From Thermoanaerobaculia bacterium (lineage in GTDB: Bacteria; Acidobacteriota; Thermoanaerobaculia; UBA5066; Gp7-AA6): a DNA stretch of 64,000 nucleotides. Below, in pieces: positions 19,478 to 32,657 of this stretch (positions are counted from its first letter, which is position 1; every line of letters starts with the position of its first letter). The position numbers and the translations under genes were made by a program. The notes under the pieces are model-generated. The model did no database searches, was not told where the DNA came from, and saw only the letters and a list, made by a program, of their open reading frames with translations. Location: NCBI GenBank assembly GCA_038203955.1, contig JBBRDK010000002.1:17424-81423 (forward strand), given 5' to 3'.

Positions 19478-19866
19478 GCATCGAGAAGACGAGCTGCGCG
19501 CGAGTCGTCGCGGACCTTCGCAGAGGGACTCTGACGCCGCGGGAGGAGTCGCATCTCTTCGTCTGCCGGTCCTGCCGCGGCGAAGCGAGGCTCGCCGCCG
19601 CGTGGAAAGCGATGCCCTCCCCGCGGGACGGGGAGAGAGCCGACCCGGTCGACGAGAGCTTCGTCCAGGGCGTGCTGCGCCGGGTCCGCGAAGACCGGCT
19701 TCGGCGAGTCCGCCGCCGCATGGGGATCGCCGCCGCCGCCGCGCTGCTGTTCTTCTTCGCGGCCGGCCTCGGGCAGAGGGCGAATGCGAGCCCGCCGGAT
19801 GACGGCGACGAGTCGTATGCCCAGATCGTGACCGCCTCGCCGGAGTCGGTTCTGCCGAGTGAGTAG
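19474..19866 (+). CDS. anti-sigma factor (Cys-rich N-terminus, single TM)
   Basis: ATG overlaps the sigma stop (ATGA); HLFVCRSCRGE zinc-finger-like motif; TM segment IAAAAALLFFFAAGL. Confidence 0.6.
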   Translation: MSIEKTSCARVVADLRRGTLTPREESHLFVCRSCRGEARLAAAWKAMPSPRDGERADPVDESFVQGVLRRVREDRLRRVRRRMGIAAAAALLFFFAAGLGQRANASPPDDGDESYAQIVTASPESVLPSE

Positions 19867-19938
19867 TCAGTTATCGGTTAGCAGTCATCAGTCGTGGGGA
19901 AACTCGGAACTGACAACTGAAAACTGAGAACTGAAAAC
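19864..19938. repeat. bipartite heptamer array (TCAGTnn half, then AACTGAN half)
   Basis: agtcagttatcggttagcagtcatcagtc ... ggaACTGACAACTGAAAACTGAGAACTGAAAAC; the halves are mutually complementary; TGA on both strands. Confidence 0.85.
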
Positions 19939-19974
19939 GCGCGCGGCGCGCCTGCGCTCGTTTACACTCCGGCC

Positions 19975-21153
19975 GTGCCTCTCCGACTCACGACGGCGGG
20001 CGAATCCCACGGCCCTCGGCTGACGGCCGTGCTCGAAGGAGTCCCCGCCGGGCTCGCCGTCGACCGGGCTTCGGTCGCTCTAGATCTCGCGCGTCGGCAG
20101 CACGGCTACGGGCGCGGCGGCCGCATGAAGATCGAAAAGGATGAAGCCGTCTTCGAAGGAGGAGTTCGAGGTGGCGTGACTCTCGGCTCGCCGATCGCGA
20201 TCGGAATCGCCAACCGGGACCACGCGAGCTGGGAATGCGTCATGGGCGCCTTCGGAGTCGACCCCGAAGCGGCGCGTGCCCGCCGGCTCACGCGTCCGCG
20301 CCCCGGCCACGCGGATCTCGCCGGAGGCATGAAGTTCGGGTCGCGCGATCTCCGGGACGTGCTCGAACGCGCCTCCGCGCGCGAATCCGCCGCCCGAGTG
20401 GCCGCCGGCGCCGTGTGCCGGCTTCTGCTGCGCGCCTGCGGCGTCGAGGTCGCGAGCGGCGTGCTCTCGGTGGGAGCCATCGCCGATGCCGCATCGCCTC
20501 GCAGCTTCGCGACCGCGGCGGCGGCGCGCGACGACTCGCCGCTTCGCGCCACCGATCCCGCTCTGGAACCGAAGATGATCGCGGAAATCGACGCCGCCAA
20601 ACGCGACGGAGAAACGCTCGGCGGTTCGATTCTGCTGGCCGCGTCCGGTGTCCCCGCGGGCCTCGGCTCCTACGTCTCCTGGGACCGCAAGCTCGACGGC
20701 CGCATCGCCCACGCGCTCCTCTCCGTCCCCGCGGTCAAGGCGATCGAGTTCGGCGCGGCGATCGACGCCTCGCGCGGGCCCGGCTCGCACGCGCACGACG
20801 AGATCGAGCGGGCGCCCGGCGGAGGGCTCCGCCGCCGGAGCAACCGCGCCGGCGGGCTGGAGGCGGGAGTGACCAACGGAGAAGAGATCGTAGCCGTTCT
20901 CTTCATGAAGCCGATCTCGACGCTCGCCCGGGGGCTCGATTCGGTCGACCTCGAGACCGGGGAGGCCGCGCGCTCCGCCTACGAGAGAAGCGACGTGACC
21001 GCGGTCCCCGCCTGCGGCGTCATCGCGGAGGCGATGCTCGCGTTCGTTCTCGCGGACGCGTTGCTGGAGATGACGGGCGGAGACCGGATGGAAGACGTCC
21101 TCGACCGACTCTCCCGCCACCGCGCCCGAACGGAGAGCTACGGAACACGCTGA
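19975..21153 (+). CDS. aroC: chorismate synthase
   Basis: LTTAGESHGP, RQHGYGRGGRM signatures; 392 aa; GTG start. Confidence 0.9.
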   Translation: MPLRLTTAGESHGPRLTAVLEGVPAGLAVDRASVALDLARRQHGYGRGGRMKIEKDEAVFEGGVRGGVTLGSPIAIGIANRDHASWECVMGAFGVDPEAARARRLTRPRPGHADLAGGMKFGSRDLRDVLERASARESAARVAAGAVCRLLLRACGVEVASGVLSVGAIADAASPRSFATAAAARDDSPLRATDPALEPKMIAEIDAAKRDGETLGGSILLAASGVPAGLGSYVSWDRKLDGRIAHALLSVPAVKAIEFGAAIDASRGPGSHAHDEIERAPGGGLRRRSNRAGGLEAGVTNGEEIVAVLFMKPISTLARGLDSVDLETGEAARSAYERSDVTAVPACGVIAEAMLAFVLADALLEMTGGDRMEDVLDRLSRHRARTESYGTR

Positions 21154-21188
21154 AGGCTCGCTGAACGCTCGACGCTGAAGGCTCAACG
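21150..21188. repeat. short heptamer array (GCTGAAG/GCTGAAC) between convergent aroC and the M23 peptidase gene
   Basis: TGAAGGCTCGCTGAACGCTCGACGCTGAAGGCTCAAC. Confidence 0.7.
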
Positions 21189-22238
21189 GTTTCTTCTCCC
21201 CCGTACCCGTCGCAGCGGCTGAGGCCGCGGCGCGGCGGCGCTCTCCGCTGCCATGCCGATTCCCGGAAGCGGCGAGACCGGCCCGGGCGCCCACGTCGCC
21301 TCCATCTGAGCGAGAGACCAGCGGTGTGACTCGAGCGGAGAGTCGAGGACGGCAAACAGCGGGTCGGTCGGCCGGAGCTCTCCGGCGTCGAAGCGCCAGT
21401 ACTCGTACCGCAGGCGCGGCGAGACCGCCCAGCCGCTGCTGCCGACGAGACCTAGCGGCGCGCCTCGGACGACGCGCTGACCGCGCCGGACGTCGACGCG
21501 GGCGAGATGACCGAAGATCGTCGCGCCCCGAGCGCCGTGCGACAGCACCACGACGTTGCCGAGCTGCCAGAGGGCGCCAACGCCCCGGCGCACGGTCCCC
21601 GCAAACGCGACGACGCCCTCGCCCGGGGCCACGACCGCGGAGCCCGCCGCCGCGGCGATCTCGACCCCCGAGAGAAACTCCTCTTCCCCGGTCCAGGGGG
21701 AGCGCCGCGGCCCGAAGTACGCGGCCGGCTCGAACACCGCGTGGCCGATCGGCAGGATAGCGGGCACTTCCCGGGGCAGCGCAGGATCCGCCCCTTCGCG
21801 CGCGCCGAGCAGCGCGAAACCGCGGTCGAGAGCGCGAAGGTAGGGCGGGAGGCGTTCCGCGACGCGCTCCGGCTCGTCTTCCCCGAGAAGAGGATGCTCG
21901 GGTCCGAGCACTCGCGGCCAGGCGGACGGCGCGATCCCGTAGAGAAACGCGATGCGGTTCATGAGGTCCGCGCTCGACCGGGCGCGCAGGCGGAGGTCCG
22001 CCGCGAGGCGCCGGACGGACTGTTCCTCCGCCCGGAGAACCTGTGACTCCCGATGCGCGCCCTCCCGGTCCTGATCACGCCCGAGCCGCGCCGCCACCGC
22101 GGGAACCGTGAACCAGAGAGAGATCGCGAGAAGAGCGAGCGCGGCCGCGGCTCCCGTGAGGACGCGCTCGCCGCCGGGCCCGATCGAGAGGGTTCGGACG
22201 GTCCCGCGGCTCGATCCCGGGTGGAACTGGATCTGCAC
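21183..22238 (-). CDS. membrane-anchored M23 (LytM) family metallopeptidase
   Basis: N-terminal TM; C-terminal M23 signature (HGARGATIFGHLARVDVRRGQRVVRGAPLGLVGSSG). Confidence 0.75.
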   Translation of the reverse strand: MQIQFHPGSSRGTVRTLSIGPGGERVLTGAAAALALLAISLWFTVPAVAARLGRDQDREGAHRESQVLRAEEQSVRRLAADLRLRARSSADLMNRIAFLYGIAPSAWPRVLGPEHPLLGEDEPERVAERLPPYLRALDRGFALLGAREGADPALPREVPAILPIGHAVFEPAAYFGPRRSPWTGEEEFLSGVEIAAAAGSAVVAPGEGVVAFAGTVRRGVGALWQLGNVVVLSHGARGATIFGHLARVDVRRGQRVVRGAPLGLVGSSGWAVSPRLRYEYWRFDAGELRPTDPLFAVLDSPLESHRWSLAQMEATWAPGPVSPLPGIGMAAESAAAPRPQPLRRVRGRRNR

Positions 22239-22239
22239 G

Positions 22240-24222
22240 TCAGGGCCCTGCGGGCGCGCCTTCCGCCGTCGACGTGCTGAGAAGGCCGAGAGACCGGCGA
22301 TCGGAAGACAGTCCCATGCCTTTGGGCACGAAGCTCCGGTCGAGCGAGAACCGGACGGCGGCGGGAACGCCCGCGGTCGTGATGCGGATCGCGGTCACGC
22401 CACCCGGGGGAAGGGCGCCGGAGAGAGTTCGTCTTCCCGACCGCGCCTCGAAGGCGACCGGCTGGCCCGACGGGCCGAAGTTCGCGAGCCCGATCCGAAG
22501 CGTCTGGCGGGCCGGGACGAAAACCGCGAAACGCCGCCGCGTCCAGCGGAACGGCCCTCCCGGACCCGTCTCGAGAGAATGGAATCCGATCCGAGGGGCG
22601 TAGCGAAAGGCCTCAGCGGACGATCCCGTCCGGGCGACGGCGAAAAGCGCCGCGCCGCCGTACGCAAGCATCGCCGCGATGCCGAGTCTGCGCGCCAGGT
22701 TCCCCGGCTCGGCGCGAGCGGGCGCCGCGCTCACCGCCGCGAGCAGGAAGAAAAACAGAGCGACGTCGGGCGCGAGCCAGTGAGAGCCGGCCGCCAGCGC
22801 CGCGATAAAGACCACGACGGAGATCCCGGAGGCCGCGACCTTCGGCTCCGCGGCGGGGTCCCGGGCGCTTCGCCAGGCCTGCGCCGCGAGGGCAAAAACG
22901 GCGGCGGCCGTCACCAGGAATCCGAACGCGCCCGTTTCGGCGAGAGCCTGCACGTATCCGCTTCCCGGGTTGTCGCGGGAGGAGAGCGAGCGGCCCTCCT
23001 CCGCGAGCAGGTCCGGCAACTCCCAGGAGAACGCTCCCATCCCGGCGCCCGCGACGGGATGGTGGAGAAAGAGACGCCCGGCGGCGCGCCAGAGCACGGG
23101 CCGCGCCGAAACGCGGAACTCGAGGGGGAGCGAGGGATCGAACGTCTGAGCGACCCGGGCGCCGGCGCTGCCACGCCCCGCCGACAGCGCCACCCCCGCC
23201 GCGCCCGCGGCGAGGACGACGAGAGCCGCCCCGGCGGCGACGCGCGCGCGGGCCGAAAATGCGGGCGCGAACAGAAGGAGCGCGAGACTCCCCGCGGCGA
23301 CGGCAAAGCCGCTGCGCGAGCCGGAGAGAAGGAGACCGGCGGCGAGGAGAACGGAGAGGGCGACCGGCGCGGGAGAGCGGCGCGCCGGCGTCCGGACGGC
23401 CGACGCGACGGCGGCGAGAAGCCCGAGCGCGCAGAGAAGACCCAGGGAATTCGGATCTACCGCTCCCCCTTCCAGCCGCCCCGTCAATTTCCAGTACGGT
23501 CCGACACGGGACGGCAACGCGCCGAGTCGCTCGAGCACCGCCGTTCCGGAGGAGACGGCGATCCCGGCCAGGCCGGCGGAGAGAGCCGCGCGGCGCGCCG
23601 CCTCTCCCGCGCGCCGCAGCAGGAAATAGAACGCGGCTCCCCCCGCGAGCGCCGCGAAGGCGAAGAGAGTCTCCTTGAGCGCCGCCGCGTCCGACAGGCC
23701 CTCCCGATTGACGGCGCGGCCGGACAGACCGCGGAGCGCGGCCCACAGAGTCACGGCTCGGCCCGCGGCGAGAAGCGTCGCGAGAGACCAGATGGCGAGG
23801 AGGGCCCGCAACGCCGGGTCCGCCGGCGCGGGACGGGGCGCGCTCTCGAAGTCGTAGAGGAACCGAAAGCACCATCCCGCGGCCAGGCCCGCGAGGAGAA
23901 CTCCCGGCCAGGTCACCGGTTCGGCGCCGCCCGATGCCCGCGCGAGGAGGCCGACGCATGGAAAGACGAAGCAGAAAAGCGCGATCCCGCGCGCGGGAGA
24001 GACCGCTGCGCACAGCGCGATCACGACGGCGAGCGCGACGACGGGGAGCCGGTCGCGCGCGCCCGGCGGAAAGCCCGCCGTCAGAAGAAGCGCGCCCGAC
24101 GCCAGCGCCGCAAAAAAGAGGATCACACGAAGGGGCGTGCCCGGAGAGCGGAGATAGAACCCGGGAGTCTTCAAGATTGCGCCGGCAGCCGGAACGGACA
24201 ACGGATAACCGACAACGGACAA
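22240..24222 (-). CDS. O-antigen ligase (Wzy_C / WaaL-like) family membrane protein
   Basis: Polytopic; Wzy_C motif region LSGSRSGFAVAAGSLALLL; long C-terminal periplasmic tail. The true start may be the TTG near 24178, since 24190-24224 is a heptamer array. Confidence 0.7.
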   Translation of the reverse strand: MSVVGYPLSVPAAGAILKTPGFYLRSPGTPLRVILFFAALASGALLLTAGFPPGARDRLPVVALAVVIALCAAVSPARGIALFCFVFPCVGLLARASGGAEPVTWPGVLLAGLAAGWCFRFLYDFESAPRPAPADPALRALLAIWSLATLLAAGRAVTLWAALRGLSGRAVNREGLSDAAALKETLFAFAALAGGAAFYFLLRRAGEAARRAALSAGLAGIAVSSGTAVLERLGALPSRVGPYWKLTGRLEGGAVDPNSLGLLCALGLLAAVASAVRTPARRSPAPVALSVLLAAGLLLSGSRSGFAVAAGSLALLLFAPAFSARARVAAGAALVVLAAGAAGVALSAGRGSAGARVAQTFDPSLPLEFRVSARPVLWRAAGRLFLHHPVAGAGMGAFSWELPDLLAEEGRSLSSRDNPGSGYVQALAETGAFGFLVTAAAVFALAAQAWRSARDPAAEPKVAASGISVVVFIAALAAGSHWLAPDVALFFFLLAAVSAAPARAEPGNLARRLGIAAMLAYGGAALFAVARTGSSAEAFRYAPRIGFHSLETGPGGPFRWTRRRFAVFVPARQTLRIGLANFGPSGQPVAFEARSGRRTLSGALPPGGVTAIRITTAGVPAAVRFSLDRSFVPKGMGLSSDRRSLGLLSTSTAEGAPAGP

Positions 24223-24224
24223 CC
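24190..24224. repeat. heptamer array (CGGACAA)x4-5
   Basis: ggaaCGGACAACGGATAACCGACAACGGACAAcc between the carB stop and the ligase start. Confidence 0.8.
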
Positions 24225-24232
24225 CCTTCGCA

Positions 24233-27439
<3,207 letters not shown>

Positions 27440-27515
27440 CAGCCGCGGCCCGGGCCGGGGCAATCGGGAAATGAATTCATCGGGCGGGCGGGGAGTTTAT
27501 CGCGTTCAAGGGAGC

Positions 27516-27665
27516 GCGCGGATCGCGCGGATCCGGATGGGAGGCCGCGCCCGGCCGGTGGCGGCCGAACCATCCGCTCAAAATCGCCCGCGGATCGCGC
27601 GGATCCGGATGGGAGGCCGCCCGGCCGGTGGGCGGCCGAACCATCCGCTCAGAATCCGGCCGCAA
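27516..27665. repeat. tandem direct repeat of a ~75-bp element, each copy containing an internal (CGCGGAT)x2 and a ~44-nt imperfect hairpin
   Basis: GCGGATCGCGCGGATCCGGATGGGAGGCCGC(GC)CCGGCCGGTGG(G)CGGCCGAACCATCCGCTCA(A/G)AATC occurs twice, ~95% identical; located in the carB upstream region. Confidence 0.9.
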
Positions 27666-27731
27666 CCCTTTGGAACACGAGAAGCGGCGCAAGCGCGCGA
27701 TCACCGCGCGAGCGACTCCGGACGTCAGGTC

Positions 27732-29552
27732 CTAGGATCCGGCCCGCGGCGCCTGCTCCCGCACGCGCCGGGTTCCGGGGCGCGCCGAGGCCGGGGGGGC
27801 GACGGACCGTTCCGGCCCGCACGTTCCACGCAGGATCGTGCCGTGCCGGCCGACCGCAAAGATCTGGCCCGAGAGGGCGCGGATTTTGTAGAGGTCGTTG
27901 GTCGTCTGGGACGGCACCGGCGCCCACGTCGCGCCGTCCGGGCTCTCGAGCCTCACCCCGCCCTCGCCGACCGCGACGTAGCGGGATCCCGTCCACGCGA
28001 CGCCTCCCAGGCCGGCGCCGGTGCCGGCATACCGCTCTTCCCAGCGAATGCCGTCCGTGCTCGTCAACACGGCGCCGCTATCACCGACCGCGACGAACCC
28101 GGAGCCGTTCGACGCCACGTCGGATAAGGTGCCTCCGGAGTTCGCATAGCGGAGGGTCCAGTGGAGGGCATCCGGGCTCGTCGACACGACGCGCGCCGCG
28201 TCTGCGCCCACGCCGACGTACTGCCGCCCGTCGTAAGCGACCGCGTAGAAGCCGCCCTGCGCGCGATCACCGGCGAGCCAGGTGATCCCGTCCCGGCTCG
28301 TCTCCGTGGTCCCCGAGTAGCCAACCGCGACGAATTGAGACCCGTCCCACAAAACGTCCATGAACGTGTCGGTCCGCTCGGGAGAGACGGATGCCCACGT
28401 CACGCCGTCTGCACTGGAGAGAATCGTGCCCTGGTTGCCGACCGCGACCCAGCGGCTTCCGCTCCCGGCCACTCCGTAGAGGTGCCGCGTGCTGTTCTTC
28501 CCGCGGGGCGTCCACGTCGCGCCGTCCGGACTCGTCAGGATCGTCGTGTACACGCCGACCGCGACGAACTGTTTTCCATCCCAGGCGATCGAAGTGATGG
28601 CGTTGTTGCGATAGCCACCGCCGGCGGGAGTCCACGTCGCAGCGTCGCGGCTCGTCAGAACGGTGCCCCGGGCGCCGACGGCAACCAGGGTCGAGCCGTC
28701 GGTCGCGAGCGCGGCGAGATCGCTGATCGTCGGAGAAGCCGCATGCGTCCATCGCGCGCCGTCGGCGCTCGAGAAAACGGTGCCGGCCTCCCCGACTCCG
28801 ACGAAGCCGGAGCCCGTCCACTGGATCGACTGCATCGGATACGCGAGCCCTTGCGAGTCGCTCGACCACTGCATCCCGTCGGCGCTGCGCAGGACGCTCG
28901 CGGTCGCCATGAATCCGGTCGATCCGACGACGAACTGCGAGCCGTTCCAGGCGACGGCGGAAAGGATGTCGCGCGTTTCGAAAGGCGCCGCGGCCCACGA
29001 GACCCCGTCCGCGCTGACGAGCAGCGCGCCGAGATCTCCGACCGCCACGTAACGGGACCCGTTCCACGCGATGTCACGGAGGTTCTTCGAGGAGCCCGAC
29101 GTCCTCGGCGTCCACGCGGCCCCGTCCGGGCTGGTGGTCACCGCGCCACCGGCGCCGACCGCGACGAACTGCGAACCGCTCCAGGAGATCCGGCGAAGCG
29201 TCTGCGCCGTTCCCGAACCGTGAGGGGTCCAGGAGACTCCGTCCGGGCTCGTCATCGCCGCTCCGCCGGCCCCGACGGCCAGGAAGAGAGAGCCGTTCCA
29301 GGAGACCGCCTCGAAGTCGGCCCGGGAGTTCGACACGCGCGGCGTCCACGTCGATCCGTCCGGGCTCGTCAGGACCGTCCCGGCGGCGCCGACCGCGACG
29401 AACGTCCCTTTTCCGAACGCGACGCCGCCCAGGCGGTTGCCCTGGGGCGTCGGGTTCAGCCACTGGAAGTCTCCGCACTGTCCTGCGGCGGGAAGGGCCA
29501 GCAGAATCGACACCGCGGCCGCGAAGAGGGATTTCGTCAACGTGCGGTACAT
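27732..29552 (-). CDS. secreted BNR/Asp-box repeat beta-propeller protein
   Basis: Signal peptide; ~12 repeats of W-x-G-x-x-FVAVG...G..L.S.DG..W with the S-x-D-G-x-T/S-W Asp-box (TSPDGSTW, SSADGVTW, ...). Confidence 0.75.
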   Translation of the reverse strand: MYRTLTKSLFAAAVSILLALPAAGQCGDFQWLNPTPQGNRLGGVAFGKGTFVAVGAAGTVLTSPDGSTWTPRVSNSRADFEAVSWNGSLFLAVGAGGAAMTSPDGVSWTPHGSGTAQTLRRISWSGSQFVAVGAGGAVTTSPDGAAWTPRTSGSSKNLRDIAWNGSRYVAVGDLGALLVSADGVSWAAAPFETRDILSAVAWNGSQFVVGSTGFMATASVLRSADGMQWSSDSQGLAYPMQSIQWTGSGFVGVGEAGTVFSSADGARWTHAASPTISDLAALATDGSTLVAVGARGTVLTSRDAATWTPAGGGYRNNAITSIAWDGKQFVAVGVYTTILTSPDGATWTPRGKNSTRHLYGVAGSGSRWVAVGNQGTILSSADGVTWASVSPERTDTFMDVLWDGSQFVAVGYSGTTETSRDGITWLAGDRAQGGFYAVAYDGRQYVGVGADAARVVSTSPDALHWTLRYANSGGTLSDVASNGSGFVAVGDSGAVLTSTDGIRWEERYAGTGAGLGGVAWTGSRYVAVGEGGVRLESPDGATWAPVPSQTTNDLYKIRALSGQIFAVGRHGTILRGTCGPERSVAPPASARPGTRRVREQAPRAGS

Positions 29553-29698
29553 GTCGGACCTCCGGCTGGTGCGTCGATTATAGACCGGGCGTCGGGGCGC
29601 GCCGCGAAGAAAGGGGCTGGCGATTCTCGCCCGACCGCGGCGTGCGAGGGGGATCGAAATGGGCGGATCGCGACCGCCGTCTCTCGTCGGGCGCGCTG

Positions 29699-30154
29699 TT
29701 ATTCGTCGCGGAGCTTTTCGGGGTCCCGCCGCGCGAGCGCGCGCATGCGCGTCCAGAGATCCAGCCGGCCGGGAGCCATCGAGGGTCCGAACCCGAAGCC
29801 GGCGGAAACCCGCGCCGCGACGGCGTCCGGATTCTCGGCCAGCAAAGCGGCCATCTTGCGGTCGGCAGCATCGGTCTCGCTGATGCGCGCCTGATATCCG
29901 CGTCCGAAGGAGCACGCGAGCGAGACTAAGGCCAGCGTCTGCGCTTCCGGACTCGCGTCGCGATTGCGCCTGGCGTAGCGGATCAGCCAGGCGGCCAGAT
30001 CGGTCTCGACCGATACGGCCGCGGAAGCGGGCACCCGATACTCTTCGAGAGCGGCTCGGATCGGGGGGAGCGCTCTTCGAAACACCTCGCTCACTCGAAC
30101 TCCGGGGGCCTGTTCCCCGCCTGGGCGTCCGTTTCCGGTGTGCGTCATCGCCAC
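29699..30154 (-). CDS. hypothetical protein
   Basis: Complete ORF with an RBS-like AGGAAGGGTGG upstream; no motif I can name. Confidence 0.45.
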   Translation of the reverse strand: MAMTHTGNGRPGGEQAPGVRVSEVFRRALPPIRAALEEYRVPASAAVSVETDLAAWLIRYARRNRDASPEAQTLALVSLACSFGRGYQARISETDAADRKMAALLAENPDAVAARVSAGFGFGPSMAPGRLDLWTRMRALARRDPEKLRDE

Positions 30155-30274
30155 CCTTCCTCTGACGTCGCTTGTGTTCTGATACGCAAGATCTTACTCC
30201 CGTTCGGCCCAAACGGCCTCCGGCGGGCCGGAAACGGGCCGTCCGCCCGGCGGACCGGCGGCTCCCGGCGGCGG

Positions 30275-31522
30275 CTACTCGTACCGGAGCGCCTCGGCAA
30301 TGTCGATCCGGGAAGCGCGCCGGGCGGGCAGCCAGGACGCCACCAGAATCGCGAGTGCCGCGAAGCCGACGATGGCGAGAAGGTCGATGCCTCGCACGAG
30401 AAACGGGATGAACGAGACGAAATAGATCTCGGCGACCCCCGGTGGGAAGGACAGCAGGCGGAACCTCGTCGCGGCCCAGCAGATGAGCGCCCCGAAGAGG
30501 ATTCCCGCCAGCACGCCGCTGCCCCCCAGAAGCGCTCCGAGCCAGACGAACACCCGGGAGAAGAAGCGCGGCTCCGCCCCGAGTGTGGCGAGGACGCCGA
30601 TGTCGCGCTTCTTTTCCTGAACCGTCATGACGAGCGTGGCCACCACGTTGAAGGTCGAGACGGCGACGATCAGTCCGATCACCAGGAAGAGCGTCGTCTG
30701 CTGGAGCGCCAGCGCGGAGAAGAGCCCGCCGTTCATCGAGCGCCAGTCGGTGACAGAGAATCCCCGCCCGGCGGCCGTCTCGATCGCGCGGGCGGCGCCG
30801 CCCACGTCCGAAGAGGGTGTCAGGCGGACCTCGATGACGTCGGCGGGCGAGTCCAGGCGGCAGAGCGCGCGCAGGACCGTGCGGTCCAGGAAGACCCACT
30901 CGGAGTCGTACTCCGCGAAATTCGTGCGGAAGATCCGCGTGACGCGAAACTGCCCGAACCTCGGCGAAAGCCGTCCGGTCTCCCGCGCGCGGTCGGGGAC
31001 CCCGAGCGTGACGGCGTCGCCCGATCGGACGTCGAGGCGGCGGGCGAGCTCGGTCCCGATGGCGATTCCGGGCAGCTCGCCCGCGCCGCCCCGGGTCAGC
31101 GCCCGTTCGGCGTCGGGCAGGTAGGCGTCGATCTCCGAGACCGCCCGCTCGCGCGCGGGATCCACGCCCTTCAGGATCGCGTCCGTCCCGTCGGGCGTCG
31201 AGGCCGAGGAAGCGACCCCCGCCTGATAGATCACCGGGGCGACCGCGCGCACGCCCCGCACCGCCGCGATCCGGCGCTCCGCGGCCTCCGTATCCGAGTA
31301 GCCGCCCGACGGCAGGGAGAGCGGGAACACCACGACCTCGGCGTTCGAGCCGATCAGCTTCTCGCGGATCTCCGTCCGATACCCGGACAGGAGACCCATC
31401 GCCACGACGAGCGCGGCCACGCCGAGGCCGATGCCGGCGATCGAGAGCAGGGAGACCGAGGAGACGAGCCGCGAAGGCCGCGCGCGCAGATAGGCGAGCG
31501 CCACCTCGAGCTCGAGCGGCAT
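30275..31522 (-). CDS. FtsX-family ABC transporter permease, LolC/LolE-like
   Basis: [16 protein letters not shown]-terminus typical of LolC/E/MacB; large periplasmic loop; four TM helices; ATG overlaps the carA stop (TGATG). Confidence 0.75.
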   Translation of the reverse strand: MPLELEVALAYLRARPSRLVSSVSLLSIAGIGLGVAALVVAMGLLSGYRTEIREKLIGSNAEVVVFPLSLPSGGYSDTEAAERRIAAVRGVRAVAPVIYQAGVASSASTPDGTDAILKGVDPARERAVSEIDAYLPDAERALTRGGAGELPGIAIGTELARRLDVRSGDAVTLGVPDRARETGRLSPRFGQFRVTRIFRTNFAEYDSEWVFLDRTVLRALCRLDSPADVIEVRLTPSSDVGGAARAIETAAGRGFSVTDWRSMNGGLFSALALQQTTLFLVIGLIVAVSTFNVVATLVMTVQEKKRDIGVLATLGAEPRFFSRVFVWLGALLGGSGVLAGILFGALICWAATRFRLLSFPPGVAEIYFVSFIPFLVRGIDLLAIVGFAALAILVASWLPARRASRIDIAEALRYE

Positions 31523-32657
31523 CAGGAGCGCGTCGGGCTCGAGGCGGCCGGCTGGCGCGAGACGCCCTCCCTGGCCTCGCGCATCGATCGAACGAAATCG
31601 CGAAACAGCCCGTGCGAGTCGCGCGGGCCGGGCGCCGACTCCGGATGGAACTGGGCCGCCAGAATGGGAAGCGTCGCGTGCCGGAAGCCTTCGAGGGTGC
31701 CGTCGTTCAAGTTGCGGTGCGTCGGCACGATCCCGGCCGGAAGCCGCTCGGGGTCGACGGCGAACCCGTGATTCTGCGACGTGATCGCGACGGCGCCGGT
31801 CGTGACGTCGGCGACGGGATGGTTGGCGCCCCGGTGACCGAATTTCAGCTTGAAGGTCTCGCCTCCGAGCGCGAGGCCGAGGAGCTGGTGGCCGAGGCAG
31901 ATCCCGAAGATCGGGCGCTCCTGGATCAGCCGCTCGATCTGACGAATCGGGCCGGCAAGCGCCGAGGGATCTCCCGGCCCGTTCGAGAGAAAGATGCCGT
32001 CCGGGCGGGCCGCCAGAATCGCCTCGGCCGTCGACGACGCCGGAAACACGGTGACGCGGCAGTGCGCCGCGTTCAGCAGCCGGACGATGTTTCTCTTCAT
32101 ACCGTAGTCGATGGCCGCGACGTGAAACTGCTCCGAACCCGACGCCGGCGACACGGAGATCTCCGGCGAGGAGACCGCGAGCGCGAGGTCGCTTCCCACC
32201 ATCCCCGGCGAGGAAACCACCTTCTGGAGGAGCTCCTCCGGCTTCTCGAATTCCGTGGAGATCCCGGCGCGCATGGCGCCTTCCGTCCGGATTCTCCGCA
32301 CGAGCGCGCGCGTGTCGAGGCCGTGGAGCCCGAGAACGCCCGCCTCGTCGAGGTACCCCGCGAGACCGCGCTCGCCCCCGGTGCCGCTCCAACGTTCCGG
32401 AAAGTCGCGCGCCACGAAACCCGATACGTGGACGTCGCCCGACTCGGCTTCGTCGGCGCGGACGCCGTAGTTGCCGATGTGCGCCGCGGTCATCACGACG
32501 ATCTGTCCCGCGTAGGACGGGTCCGTCAGGACTTCCTGGTAGCCGCTCATCGCCGTGTTGAAGACGATCTCGCCGAACCGCGTACCGGGCCGCCCGATGA
32601 CCTCCCCCCGCCAGGCGCTGCCGTCTTCGAGGACGAGGAGGCCGTTCACGCCGTGCG
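31522..32657 (-). CDS. carA: carbamoyl-phosphate synthase small subunit (glutamine amidotransferase)
   Basis: LVLEDGS...[11 protein letters not shown]-terminus; GATase triad region GICLGHQ...HPE; GTG start overlaps the DAHP synthase stop (GTGA). Confidence 0.9.

Noticed and set aside
27477-27704. 75-aa ORF with duplicated peptide ASHPDPRDPRA
   Set aside because: This is a translation of the duplicated 75-bp element; its periodicity comes from a DNA repeat, not a protein repeat.
30140-31771. 543-aa plus-strand ORF
   Set aside because: Antisense to the lolC/E-like permease and the carA 3' end.
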